Shown one piece after another: positions 37,019 to 49,639 of a stretch of 56,195 nt of DNA. Within the stretch, counting starts at the first letter, position 1, and each line of letters begins with the position of its first letter. The stretch covers positions 95,312-151,506 of the forward strand of contig NMRA01000713.1 of NCBI GenBank assembly GCA_002633005.1, given 5' to 3'. A program made the translations under genes and the position numbers. Origin of the DNA: Phoronis australis. Its lineage: Eukaryota > Animalia > Phoronida. Below the pieces are notes generated by a model, which had not been told where the DNA came from, made no database searches, and was given only the letters and a program-made list of their open reading frames with translations.

Positions 37019-37639
37019 CAAACAAACCAACAAAAATACGGACATCGGAACGATATAGATTTCATATGTTGACTCAGAAGGAATGACAATCGATCACAGC
37101 CTTGTCAGAGTACTAAGGAAAAGTTCAGGGAAATGTGAATTAGGGGATTCGTTACAGGACAATTTGAGAGATCGACTCATTTGTGGTCTACGATCAGAAT
37201 CGTTTAAAAGAAGTTGCTGGCTAATAACTTTACGTTCGATGAAGTAGTAAAGGTGGCAATTGCTCATGAAACAGCAACACACGACATGAAGACATTCACA
37301 CGACAACAATGCCACAAGAGACAGAAAGAGACTCGGTCAACAAACTTACACGCAAAAACTTTCATCGGAATAAGCCACCACAGTCTACGCAGAAACAGGG
37401 ACAGAGGAAAAAGTGCTGATGTTGTGGAATCAGAAATCATGCGCCGTCAGAGTGCCATTACCGGAACACCAAATGCTTTACTAGTCAAAAGGTAGGCCAT
37501 TTAGAATCCGAATGTAAGTCAGCTAAGGCTGATTACACAACGGAGGATTTTGAAGACGAAAGTGAACCCTTATTCCGTATTGATAGATCGCCTGTCCCCC
37601 ATGGAATAGTGTCAATCAAAGTAGAAGGGGAAGACTTGC

Positions 37640-40324
37640 AATTTGAATTGGGCACGGGCGCAAGCTCATCAGTTATTAGCTTTGCAGAATACCAAAAACA
37701 TTTCAAGTACATTTTTGAAACTGAAACAAACAAGTGCACACGGATAAGCAGGTGCAAAGTTGAATGTGGCTGGTGAAATTTACGTTGATGTTGAACATAA
37801 CGGTCAAACATTGTCATTGCCCTTAACGGTTGTGCACGCTACGCAACATGCACCCCCTGCCCCCCCCATTGTTAGGACGATCATGGTTGAAACACTTGAA
37901 ACTAGATTGGCCTAGTCTGGTTACCGCACACGCAATTATGGAAGATTCCTTGGATGAATTCAAAGTCAAATACCCTGACGTCTTCAAAAGAGAACTAGGT
38001 ACTGTGAAAAGGGTACGAGCTTCATTGCCGTTACATGAAAATGCCACCCCTGTATTTTTGAGAGCGCGTACGATTCCTTTCGCTCTATGCAACGCGGTGG
38101 AAAACGAGTTAGTGCGCATGGAAAACAAAGGTATTATCCGTAAGATAAACTATAGTGATTGGGCAACACCTCTTGTTTGTGTTCCCAAACCAGACGGTAA
38201 AGTACGTTTGTGCGGGGACTATAAGGTTACCGTGAACAAAGTCATTAAGGTTGACCAGTTCACGATACCGTCTCCTGAAGAAGTTTTCACCAAATTGGCG
38301 GGAGGACATAAGTACTCGAAAATCGACTTGAAGTGCGCGTATCAGCAATTGTTGCATAACGATAAAGTAGAAGACTTAGTGACGATTAACACTCACAAGG
38401 GTCTGTTTGCGTACAATAGACTCCCGTTTGGTATCGCGTCGAGCTCTGCCATTTGGTAACGTTTCGTGGACCAGGTTTTAACAGGTTTAACTGGAACTTG
38501 CGGTATCATGGACGATGTATTAGTAACTGGTAAAGATGACAAAGAATATTTGCGTAACTTGCACAATTTATTCGCTCGTTTCGAAAATGTCGGTTTACGC
38601 GTCAAAGCTGAAAAGTGTAGCCTCATGCAACAAAGTGCGGTATACATGGGCAGAAGAATTAGCAGCAAGGGGCTCCAAACCACCCACGACAAGGTGGAAG
38701 CGATTCGTAAGGCTGCATCCCCACGGAGCGTAACCGAACTTCGGTCATTGCTTGGAATGGTTAATTTCCAAGCGCAGTTCATTCCGAACTTGTCATCAAT
38801 GATTCATCCCCTCAACGCGCTATTGGAGAAGGTTCCGTTGAAATGGACAAAATTGTGCGCAGACGCATTTGATAAGGTCAGGGTCACCTTAACGTCGAAA
38901 ACCACTACGATCCATCATTGCCTCTATAGTTGGTCGTTGATGCATCTCCGTACGGACTCGGTGCTGCTCTCATACGCGTCTATGACAATGATGTGCGCAA
39001 ACCTGTTGCGTATGCCTCACGCACGTTGGGTAAGTACGAACAATGTTATGCTCAGTTGAATAAGGAAGCTTTGTCCATCATGTTTGGGTTGAAACGTTTC
39101 CATACGTACCTTTACGGACGAAAGTTCACCATATGTACTGATCAAAAACCCCTGGAACGTATCCTTAGTGTGAAAACGTCAATACCAACGCTCGCAGCGC
39201 AACGTTTGCAACGATGGGCTGTAACATTGTCTGCATTCAACTATGCCATACGGTACATACCAGCGAAGCAGAATGCTATTGCTGACGCTTTGTCTCGTTT
39301 GCCTCTACCATCGGTGAGAGGAAATGAAGAAGAGATCAACTCCGTTGAATCAAAGGTTATTGAAAGCCTCCCAGTTACATGTAAGGAGATCAGTGAGGCT
39401 ACGCGTACTGATCCACTGCTATCTCGAGTTCTACGATTTGTGAAATTTGGTTGGCCTAGCGGTTTGGCAGACAAGGATTTTGAGCCGTTTATGTCAAGTC
39501 GTCAAGAGCTTACGTTGGAGAATGATTGCATCTTATAGGGAATGCGCGCCATCATTCCACCTAAGTAACAACAAGCCGTACTCGAGGACCTGCACAATTC
39601 TCATGTGGGTATTGTTCGCATAAAGGAGACTGCGAAGAGTTTTGTCTGGTGGATAAATGTCGATAAGGATATCAGTAATATTGTGAAAAGTTGTCATTCG
39701 TGCCAGCAGGTTAGGAATTTGCCTGCTGCCCTCGGACGCGAGCTCAAAACACGTTTATCTGCAATTCGACCAGATATCGAAACCAAAGTTTCGCATAGCC
39801 AGCTGTCGCAAAAGTTGAATCAAGACTCCAAGATGGGACTTTGTGAATTCATGATAGGAGAGGAAGTGTTTGTAAAAGATTTCCGTGTGAAGGAGAAGTG
39901 GTGTCCTGGTGTTATCACGGAAAGATCAGGTCCTAAGTCGTATGTGGTGTTATTAAGTGACGGAAAAGTGTGGAAAAGACACATAGAACAGATGAGGTTG
40001 TCTCCTCATGAGGTGAAACTAGAGAATTTGGCCAAGCCAGAATCAGAGTCAGAATCTGCTATATTGCCACAACCGGATAGTGATTTAGTGTCGGAAGTTT
40101 GTCCGGAATCGCAGGATCCACCGTCTACGGATACGATGTCTGAAATGTCATCTGGTTTTCCGGATACACCAGATAATATTGAACCAAGTGACACTTCGAT
40201 CACCCCAGAACCGGTGTCGTCTCCGCCCGATAAGTCGAATGGTTCTCAGCAACCCGATCTGGTGACTCAACCGCTTAGAAGATCGCCTCGGACACGCCGG
40301 AGTCCAAAACGTTTGGATTTGTGA
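37640..40324 (+). pseudogene. gypsy pol (PR-RT-RNase H-partial IN) pseudogene
   Basis: ORF fragments 37830-38459, 38466-39059, 38930-39538 and 39605-40324 in PR-RT-RH-IN order. Confidence 0.93.
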
Positions 40325-40507
40325 CTGTATAGTTAAGACATTTACTAGTAGAAATAGTAACTATGAGTTATTCACCAAAGAACTCTTAGTAAAGACTCTT
40401 GCTTAACGAACCAAATTTGTTTTTTACAGCTTATTTGACGATGTATTTTCTTTTAAGCTAACGTTGAAGTAGTTTCTTATTTTAGCTGGCACACCGTTTC
40501 TTCAGCT

Positions 40508-40675
40508 AGGCGGGAGGAGTGTGATGCTTGAATGCCATTTGTTAGTCTCGCATGTACGATACTTAGACGAGAGTTGTAGAAACGTTGTTGTAACGCAAGC
40601 TGCCATATTGGAATAGATGTAGTTGTTATCATAAGCTGAGAGTTTTATGCCTCGTACTACCTAAAATATAACACA
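40508..40675 (+). repeat. Polypurine tract (40508-40519) and about 155-bp 3' LTR
   Basis: AGGCGGGAGGAG is immediately followed by TGTGATG... and ends near ATAACACA. The right boundary is approximate because there is no 5' LTR to compare. Confidence 0.7.
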
Positions 40676-40704
40676 ACCATTCATTAAGTATTCTGCAAGG
40701 GGAT

Positions 40705-40884
40705 TTCTGTTTTGTTCAAAATTAACCCGACGAGCTTGTTTCACCCACTCGCTTCTCATTTCTTGTCTATCATTGATGTCGGGAAGGCAAAGAACTTAAC
40801 ATCACGCATCCACAGGTATTTGTGCAGTTTATCAAACATTCTTACGTCACCGTTGCAGCCCACAGCACAGCGGTAATACTTCAT
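40705..40884 (-). pseudogene. THAP zinc-finger domain relic from a DNA transposon, frameshifted and truncated
   Basis: MKYYRCAVGCNGD...DVKFFAFPT / DRQEMRSEWVKQARRVNF matches the THAP C..GC, F.FP and R..W....RR..F pattern. Candidate element end GGGCCGTCTCGGATTATAG (minus) near 41075. Confidence 0.7.
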
Positions 40885-43357
40885 TAGTATTGGAAGGACG
40901 AATAGAACAATGTCGCCGAGAAATTAAAACTTGCAAATAGATAGGCAACGAAAAAGAACATTTGGAATTCCAATGGCACGAAAACGAGGCTGCAGCAAAT
41001 GTGCCTGACGGAAGCTTATGGCATTATGGGTAAATACAGCGAGATTCGAGTGTCGCTATAATCCGAGACGGCCCTATTGGATCCTAGCTCCAAGTATGCG
41101 ATGCAATGGGTCAGTTTTCATGAGTTTTAAATGGAGTTTTAACCGTGGGTTCACTACCAAGACATTCAAAATAATCTTTCTATATAATTTGAGAACAAAT
41201 TAGGCACATGGTAACCTATCGTCCAACAAATCATCACACGCTAGAGCAAACCGAGCAAGCCATGTAACAAAAATTGATATGTCAATAAACATTGCACTTC
41301 AGGCTCACCAGATAACATATTTTGTGACTACGAGGTGAAATTCAAGAGGTCAAATTATTAAAGAAAAAGATCGATTATAATAATGAGTGCAATGGCGGTT
41401 TCTGAGTTTACTTTCTTCCCATGTTCGCAAACTTCAAGAACCCCACCGGCTTCACGAGGCTGTTTGCGACACTGCAGGAGCTTCCAATTGCCGTATAATA
41501 GACAAAACACGCATTCGAAAAAATCACACCAGAGAAAAATGACGGTAGTTTTGAAAGCCCCCTCCGAATTCGATTTAGGCGGGTTGCTCTCGAATTTTGA
41601 AGAACTCGCACAACTCACGGAAATATGGAAGCGTAGGCTGTAGGTGCCACGACATCTCCACACACCAAAAAAGCCCCACAACCTCCGCGCAACACCCTCG
41701 CAAATTCACAACACCCGATAACCATAACAACTCCCACAATCTCACAACGGGAATAGGTGTCACCTGTTCCGGACCATGGCCAAAGTCTCTCTACCCTTGT
41801 CCTGTCTCTTAGCTGGTCTCGTCATCATACGTGCTGCACGCGGATCGGGGATGACTGTTCTGTGCCCGTCGTACGCCGCCTCACCGCGGGGTCGAACTTC
41901 AATAGTTTCGCCGAACATGACGTGCCAAAAACGAAGTCCTCATACCCTTCAGTCAACAAATATGTACAATAAGGGCAGTACACGACAAAAGAATTACATG
42001 TCAGTGAATATATGTTTAACAAAATATAAGTCATAAGACATATTTTCCACTTGACCTATCTAGGACTGATGCGGGTTCAAGATGTGCAACAGAGCGATGG
42101 ACTCTTTTGTCACAGGAAAACATTAAATATGAGGAATACAGCATTAAAAACAGCACTGGTAGACCGGGAACAGTTACTATAATATTGACTGAGAAAAATA
42201 TTGAACACGAATCAATTGTTACGGACGTCTCTTCCTACATGTATACGACACAAAGACAATAAGATTTAGCTCGTTTTAATCGACATTGTACTCACCTCTG
42301 GGAATTGATTTAATTCACCGTTCGAGTAGAGTCACACAAGAATTGCCTAAAAAGCTTGTCTTAACATTTCTGAATCTGTCGTTACGTCACTCAAACGTCT
42401 CAGATAAAATTGGCTGTTGGCTTTTCAAAACGCATGTCGACGAAGGCGAGCGGAGGTTGTCGACTATTCGCCAAGATAGGAACCATCTTGAACTCATTTC
42501 AGGAAGATATTTTTATTTTCCCTCATCAATATGCGATTTTATTATTTACAATAGGAACGTCAATTCTTCACGAGCCCGGGGATAACTTTTGAAGAACTTT
42601 TTGTGAACAAGATAAGCCCAAATTTGTAACGATAAGTTTGCTAAACGTGATAGAGTTTAAAGCAAAAAGTAATAAAACGTTCTCGATCAAGAACATCACA
42701 ACCGTTGTGCACATTTGTTGTGTGTCAGTTACACGATATTTCCATTCAAGACAGTGCGCTGTTTTCAATTTACCTGGTGGGGCATTCTAAATTGATTGAC
42801 CCCGGCAAAAGCAACAATATTCGATAAGTAATTTTTCTAAGACATGCCCTTTAAATGTGGAATGGCTTATCCCCACTATTACTGATTTCAAGGTGTTTGA
42901 GTAGGTCGCATTTCTCAACGGTTGTACCAAAGAGACATCTTTAGCAAATTAAAAATCGCCATTTGCAAATTGAGATCTTTGGTGAAGAAATGTGTTTTGG
43001 GTAAAACAATTAGTGTGACTCGATAAAAAGGCAGCAATATCTACCGTCTTGTTACGGATGATTATGAAACTTCGCAAAACGCCAACACATGTGTGGTTCT
43101 ATGTACGTGCCAATTTGGAATACAGTAATATGAAAGATAGGTTTAAGAAACGTTCAAGTAAATTTTGAAAACAAAATGGCTACTACTTCTACAATCTTGG
43201 ATCTGACAGTCACGAAAAACAACAGGCTTTGAGACATTCAGAAGATGCAGGTTTTGAGTACATCTCATGTCAGGCAGATGTAAAATGCCACACGTAGCTT
43301 GCTAACAAACAGTTCTTTTTTACAAATAAGCTGGACAAAGCAACATACTTGACAAAA

Positions 43358-43363
43358 TTTATT
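43358..43363 (-). terminator. Candidate polyadenylation signal of the DUF229 gene
   Basis: AATAAA on the minus strand about 655 nt after the stop, followed by T/GT-rich sequence. Confidence 0.4.
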
Positions 43364-44017
43364 ACAACATAATATATTAACCCAATTATGAAAATTTCAC
43401 ATTCTCTGAAATGTATTGTAAAGTAGCCCTCATAGAAAATAAAAGTTTTAAGAGTTCTTCAAGTCCCACAATGCAAGGATCGTTTGTCTGATTGACTAAA
43501 TGGCTGATGTATGTTTTACTTCCTATTTATAGTATCAATCCTCAAGTCGATTGGAAAATTGGCATAGGTCTAAAAATCAGAGAGCGTCTCACACAGTTAT
43601 CTGACCGGCAAAGAGAGAAAACAGAGGTAACTCGTACAATGTAAAGTTTTGCAACTTGCTCACTGAGTCACACTTCCTCTTGCTATCTATACGAACTTTG
43701 TAATTCTGAGATGGCGCTTGTTACAAACCCGTATTTGTGGCATGAAAAAAGTGCACGTGCAAGGTGCGCAAAAGTGGATTGTGTTGGACTGGAAATAATG
43801 ACAACTGGAGTGCTCCATGGAAGCTAGAGCTTGATGATTTTTAAAAAAATAATTCCCTTTTTATAGAAAAGGCTCAAAAAGCTTTTCATTAGCAAGTAAA
43901 ATGTACCAAACTGATCGAAACGCTCATGAAAAGGTGTCGTTTATCTTTTGTCATTCAGCCAATCAGGTGCTCACAAAACAGGTATTCCTTACTATTGACT
44001 CACAACACACAAGATTG

Positions 44018-45958
44018 CTACGGCGTTTTAAGGCGATCATTACAAAAGCAAAATTTTCTCAACTGCTCTTCCGTATTAACCACGCAGTGAGCGTCGTCAC
44101 CATATTTATTGGTACGACTGATGTCACTTGTGTGAAGAGTATAAACATTTTTTGCGATGTTACGTTCAATTGTGCTTTCATAGATACCGTTGTTCGGTGT
44201 TGTACTGATGACAATTTGAAACACCTCTATCTCAGAGCTCATGGTATCACTTAGTTGCGGCTCAAAGCCATCTGCGTCTATGGTTTTTTGAAAAGCTAAC
44301 ATTTCCTTAGAGGTTTCATAAATAGAACTTCGAATGATTTTCTCCAGAGACAATTCATGACAAATTGTTCGTTGTGGTTTCGTTTGTTCATTGATGTGCT
44401 CAACTAGTTTCAGAGACGCCTGTTTGATTCTATCGTCGGTAATGCTTATTGGTTTCCACTGAAGACAATTACACCAATGCGGTTCCACCCCTGCATCTTT
44501 GCAAGTTCTGTCTCGTGGGATTTCCTGAAAAATGCTTATTGCTCGTTTTTTCTTGTCACCCAGTCCTGTGCCACGAAATTCTAGCATGTCCATAAGAGTA
44601 GGATAAATGTCAAACGGAGTTACGAGACGCTCAGAGTTTTTAACCACATTACTGAAGGCTTTGTGATGTTTTGTTGAAAACCATTGTGGAAAAGTAAATG
44701 AAAAGAAGGGATTTCTTTCTTCTTGCTTGCCTTGTACCGTTTGTCGAGCATTGTTAAACCTGGATCCGTGATCCGACATGACAATAAGCATAGTGTTATC
44801 AAGTAAACCCCCCGTTCTCAGAAACTTCAACGTTTCTACCAAATCGTCATCAGCTGTATGAAGCAACTCAGAACCCGCGTGACTAACCTCGTTGTGGAAC
44901 ATAAATGCAAACTTTGGACAATTACGATATGTTTCCATGAAATCACGGGCAAAATCCAAAGCAACTTTAACACGAGGGCGGTCACCCACGCAGTAGTCTT
45001 GATGTTCGCCTTTCTTCATATTGTTATAGAACGTTCTCATGTAATGATCAGTCGGTTGTTTTTTGAAGCCAGTCATCCGGTATGTAAATGTGCCGATATG
45101 AACTTCGTCCTCTGCAAATGCCGTCACGTAACCCTTTTCTGAAAAGTTTTTCCAAGCGAGCGGAAAAATGTCACAAGTCAATTTACTGTTCAGCCTCTTC
45201 AAAGTTCGCGGCAATTCCAGCTCTGTTTTTCCTGTTAGGATTGGAATTAATGCCTGGGGCGTTCCGTCACCAACTATATTATAACCCTTGAGTATCACAG
45301 CGCCCAACACATCTGTAAGGTATTTAACAGTTTTCGGTAGCTTTCGTATGTAAGTCATCCTCGAAACTGAATCGAGTCCTATTATAAGAACATCCAATCC
45401 TAAGCCATTTTTAGACAGACGTCTTCTCTTGAGGAGACTTTCATCTTTATGTACGCTGGCGTGAATATTGTTGTAGGTGTGAGCACCGTTTCCGCTTGAA
45501 CACTTAACCCGAAAAAAATCTGACGTCAAAACAGTGTTGTTTGCTATGGGGATTTCGTTTTCTTCCCGAGTATCGTAATCTGATAATCTTGTAAAATATA
45601 TAATACGGCACGAAACGTTTCCGAATTGTTTTGTAAACGGCATTATAACAAACTTCCCATTAATTACCTCAATCCAGTTTTTAGTAGTTGAACACTTTAG
45701 TGGAGGTGAGTCTTTCAAATGCCTAGTAATTGTCTTTTCCCAGGGGTCTAAATTGGGATAAAGACATGCCAGCTCATTCGCGCCAGTTCCATTCGTATTA
45801 ATCATCCCGTGAAGGCGTTCCACCTTGCCTCGACTGTTGTCGCTTAGCTGTTCATCAGTAGAACTGTCACTTGGGAATTTTCTTCGTAATATAATAAGGA
45901 CAAGAACACAAACAACCCCAATGAGTGCAAAGCGCACATTTCGTCCTCGGAAAGTCAT
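44018..45958 (-). CDS. DUF229-family protein (alkaline phosphatase/sulfatase superfamily), 646 aa, type II membrane anchor, single coding exon
   Basis: Intact ORF with N-terminal hydrophobic helix FALIGVVCVLVLIIL. Motifs IIGLDSVSR..RKLPKT, GYNIVGDGTPQAL.PILTG, AFAED, GFKKQPTDHYMR, MSDHGSRF, EERNPF, LVTPFDIYPTL, RTCKDAGVEPHWCNC, SRTNKYG..HC...LRKFCFC. An in-frame upstream stop supports this ATG. Confidence 0.95.
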   Translation of the reverse strand: MTFRGRNVRFALIGVVCVLVLIILRRKFPSDSSTDEQLSDNSRGKVERLHGMINTNGTGANELACLYPNLDPWEKTITRHLKDSPPLKCSTTKNWIEVINGKFVIMPFTKQFGNVSCRIIYFTRLSDYDTREENEIPIANNTVLTSDFFRVKCSSGNGAHTYNNIHASVHKDESLLKRRRLSKNGLGLDVLIIGLDSVSRMTYIRKLPKTVKYLTDVLGAVILKGYNIVGDGTPQALIPILTGKTELELPRTLKRLNSKLTCDIFPLAWKNFSEKGYVTAFAEDEVHIGTFTYRMTGFKKQPTDHYMRTFYNNMKKGEHQDYCVGDRPRVKVALDFARDFMETYRNCPKFAFMFHNEVSHAGSELLHTADDDLVETLKFLRTGGLLDNTMLIVMSDHGSRFNNARQTVQGKQEERNPFFSFTFPQWFSTKHHKAFSNVVKNSERLVTPFDIYPTLMDMLEFRGTGLGDKKKRAISIFQEIPRDRTCKDAGVEPHWCNCLQWKPISITDDRIKQASLKLVEHINEQTKPQRTICHELSLEKIIRSSIYETSKEMLAFQKTIDADGFEPQLSDTMSSEIEVFQIVISTTPNNGIYESTIERNIAKNVYTLHTSDISRTNKYGDDAHCVVNTEEQLRKFCFCNDRLKTP

Positions 45959-46054
45959 ACCACAGGTTATGCTTGAACCTAGGCGGTTTTATCGATAGAG
46001 TAAAGGCTCTCTGAGCAATTTGCTTCTGAGCTCGTCTATTAGCGTAATCGCTGC

Positions 46055-46075
46055 TCTGAAAGAATAAAGAAAGCA
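46055..46075 (-). promoter_or_regulatory. Splice acceptor of a 5'-UTR intron of the DUF229 gene
   Basis: gctttctttattctttcag|AGCAG, 97 nt upstream of the ATG. Confidence 0.6.
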
Positions 46076-48934
46076 ATGTATACAAAAGCATTCTAAGCAC
46101 GAGATTTCATCCAATAAAATCAGCGTTCTCTAAGAATATTGGAGAGCAAGCCTGTTAAAAAACACTATTTTCGAAAGGCATTTCCAACATATAAAATAGT
46201 ATCACACACCCTCTTTTTCTGACAATAGTGCATGTTTAATTTTGGACAGCATTTCAAAACGCCTATAATGTCCTTAAACTCCGGTAATTTACAAGATAAG
46301 GCACGTCCTCCGCTGGGCCAATATTCATGCTGTAAGTTAGCAATTGAAGCCTTAATTTCATCGCAGTCGCGAAGTATTACTGTCACTAATTACCCTGGCA
46401 TTGACTGATCAGCAAATTCGAGATTTTTGAGAACAACACGGACTTTATAAACTAACCTGAAAGTCTCTACGCCCCAAAAACTCGATATATATTCGCGTAG
46501 CATAAATTTATCAAAAATGCAAAAATCACAGGGTGTAATAATAACGTAAAGAAGGAATGAACCTCAGAGGTAATAGTAATGACTATTTAATCAACAGGAG
46601 AATAATTTCAATGGTCCAAACGACCGCATAAAAACAGAGACTAAAGTGCAACTTGCACGCTAAATCCTGATCTCTGTGATTACTTTGTTAAATTAATTAG
46701 AAACGCAACATATATAATGAAGGACGTTGAAAATTGCCAAATGTTTTTGAAAACGAGTTTTGAGTCGAAAAATGATCCGTCGTAAATCAGTAAGTAACGT
46801 GACGTGGTGTTAGGAAATAACATTACATGATGCGGGTTATGTGAGCCCCCAAGGTACATCATTTATTTAGTGCAATGGTTACCAATTTGCAAAATTTTTC
46901 ATTTTCACATTTACAAATTTTCAGTAAAAACAACGGCAGTTGGTTTCGCGTAGATGATGTTCAAATAGCACTGTTGTATACTTCCTACTATACGGACAAC
47001 TTTTTTGAAATGGGGACTTCCGTATAAAAAGCGAGACATTTGGCATCAGAAAAAACTCAATGATGAATTTTAGAAGAAGCATACAACTCGTACCAACAGC
47101 GATTTTGTCGAACGGGAGACGTAACACCCAAAAGAGCCTAACGCTGTTTTTTGTCGAGTGGGAAATTGCGAGTGCCGCAAAAACTCATGAAAGGTCTCGT
47201 TTTTTCTTTTTAGTAGAATGAGAAAATAGGGATATGGAGCTTGGGAAATTACAACAGGATATTATAATGTGCCTATTTCGCCGTGTGTCAAAAAGCGGTA
47301 CAATGTGATAGTGTGTCGAGATGGCGGGAAAATTAAAAAAGTCGATAGTTCGCCAAGAGCGAGACAATTGACAAGACTGACACTGTACGCTGTCAGCAAC
47401 AGACAGAACTGGGCTGGATTCTTTTACAAGGTGAACTCGATCAAAACTCGGTCGTGCAAACAGCCGGAAATTCACGATTCAAACTCTCGCGGCTAGTTTC
47501 GGGGTAGCAAGATCTAATTATAGAATGCATAGGTCACGTGCGGGAGATGTTTAAAGTTCTTTGACACTACCCAATTCTCCACTACGCTATGTGCTACGCA
47601 TGTTCAATTCGAAACTGTAGTCTCATATGTACCCTCTGGCACAGCGCCACCTACACTGAAAAGTGGCCCTGTGGAAACATGATGAATGACGCACGGAATT
47701 CCGTGTGTGGACATCAATGCACATGCCTTGGTCGGAAGTATACCGATCACATCGCCACCACTTGCACACACAAATCAAGTGATGTGTGTTTTGCTGAGTA
47801 AAAACCAGTGAGAACTGTTCTGTGCCTCCTTAGGTGGCACTGAACAGTTAGGCTGCTGCCGCGGCCAATTTGCACTCCCAAACTATTAAAATTGTGAGGT
47901 AGGCCAAGTTTGGGGGCATTTTGCAGGTAGGCATTGCATGTAGGTTCAGTGAATGTGGTTTGTTTGTATTTGTGAACATGCTGAGAATGAAAACAGGCCA
48001 CTTTTTTGGCTGTAGCTGCACTCTTCTGCAAGATGGTGGCCCCTTGTTGCAATTGTGCATTTCTGTGTAGCAACTGAGAAATTGGCCGCGATTTCAGGTA
48101 GCCCTCAAACAAGCCAGATATGCAAAGAAAACTAGTTGGTCGACAGTACTTTTGGACTACATTTTTGGAATCGGTAGGCAATTTCCTTTCGGAATCTAAT
48201 CGGCTTTAGTCGAGCATCGGCAGGGAAGTAATGGTTTTGGGGTGAAAAGTGCCGATTTTGCATTTTTTTGCCTTTATTTTTCTTAGTCTGACTTGGTTTC
48301 CACTGGGAGTGAAAGGGTCAAAAATACAAGAGAGAATAAAGTGTTTCTGTGCTCATCTGTAGGGCTTGTGATGTGAAATGACTAAAAAATTTCCTTATGT
48401 GCATGCAATTTTTGACAGAGTGGAGAAAGGGTGAAGAGTTTATTGACGTGTGTTGTGATAGGCAAACGCCTGTGAGAACTGTTCAGTGCCTCCTTAACGA
48501 ACAGGAAGTTAACTAAGAGCTTGCCACTTGCATCGTGGGTAGTAAGATACTATTTGAAGTGTTGTGTCACCAGAGACGGTGACCAGCAAGTACACTGTCG
48601 CAATACAGTGTGTGTGGTTCGCAGATTCAGCAACAGGACTGTCATCCAACAAGTGGAGAGTCCTACAGCTTGGATAGTAAGGCATTTGGTTATTTTGATT
48701 GATTGATTAGAGTAATCTAGGGCGCTAGCGTAGTTACTCTTCTTTGTAGTTGATTACTTGATTAACAACAGCTTAAGGTGCGTCATATAATAAATTAATT
48801 AATTACCGGTACGGGATTTAATCATTCCCTCCCCATCTACGCACAACCTCAAAGCATAGCTGCCTTTAAACAAACTCACACTCAATCTATGACAAGCGCT
48901 ATTAAGATAGATGCCAGGGTTAAAACGAGACTGG

Positions 48935-49200
48935 ACATTGTTAAGTTTATTAGCTATTGTAAACGAATAGAATTTCTAAAGAAAAGGTCGACGCTCACAC
49001 GTGGAACAAGGGTTCCTCGGTGCGAAGAATAGAGCCTATTCATCAATGAAAATCTCAAAGAAAGCTGCTATTTTTGTACAGTGCCGTAGATTAGCTTAAC
49101 AGGGACACATCAAATCTGCGTATGTGAGAGACGGGAAGATCTTCATCAAGAACAATGATTCTTATCCAGAAATGATGAGAATGGAACAAGTTAACGAGTT
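48935..49200 (+). pseudogene. LINE ORF1p C-terminal relic (L1/Tx1- or CR1-type)
   Basis: IVKFISYCKRIEFLKKRSTL...LFINENL / IFVQCRRLA*QGHIKSAYVRDGKIFIK. Confidence 0.65.
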
Positions 49201-49639
49201 TGGGGTGGAAGGACGTTAGAAGAGTCAACGCCGGACGCCAAAGCCGGAACGGGGTTTGAACTTAAGTAAACAGACTCCTAAAGCAAGAATGCACACTAGC
49301 TGGAACCCATGCACGGGTACCAGCCAGTGTACGGGAGTTAGCTTTCGCTATGTTCACACTTTCTGTGAAGTTGCCTGGTGGTGCATGCTTAAGTTTGGAA
49401 ACAAAATATCACGTAAAACCTTTCCTGTTATCAATACTTTTTAAGTATTTTGTTAATGCCATATTTTTTTCTTAAATATCGCATTTCATTTTTGTGGAAC
49501 GTACATAGTTATTTCATCGTACACAAATGTCATGGTGATAATACCACGAAGTACACTCGCAACGTGTCTTTATTACCATACCCAAATTCACTTGTATAGG
49601 TACATTCATGAGTGTGCGTTTTACGTGTATAGCTGTAGT

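Larger units (their letters stand above)
37020..40675 (+). mobile_element. Degenerate Ty3/gypsy LTR retrotransposon, Mag / K02A2.6-like; 5'-truncated, integrase core deleted, 3' LTR present
   Basis: gag LRDRLICGL and two zinc knuckles (37414-37515); PR FELGTGAS; RT DWATPLVCVPKPDGKVRLCGDYK, KIDLKCAYQQ, RLPFGI, IMDDVLV; RNase H VDASPYGLGA, PVAYASRTL, TDQKPL; IN HHCC; C-terminal KWCPGVI..GPKSY; tail LRRSPR. Multiple stops and frameshifts. Confidence 0.95.

Noticed and set aside
41358-42036. Cluster of overlapping ORFs in a GC-richer patch
   Set aside because: No frame gives a recognisable protein; ORF density is explained by local GC content.
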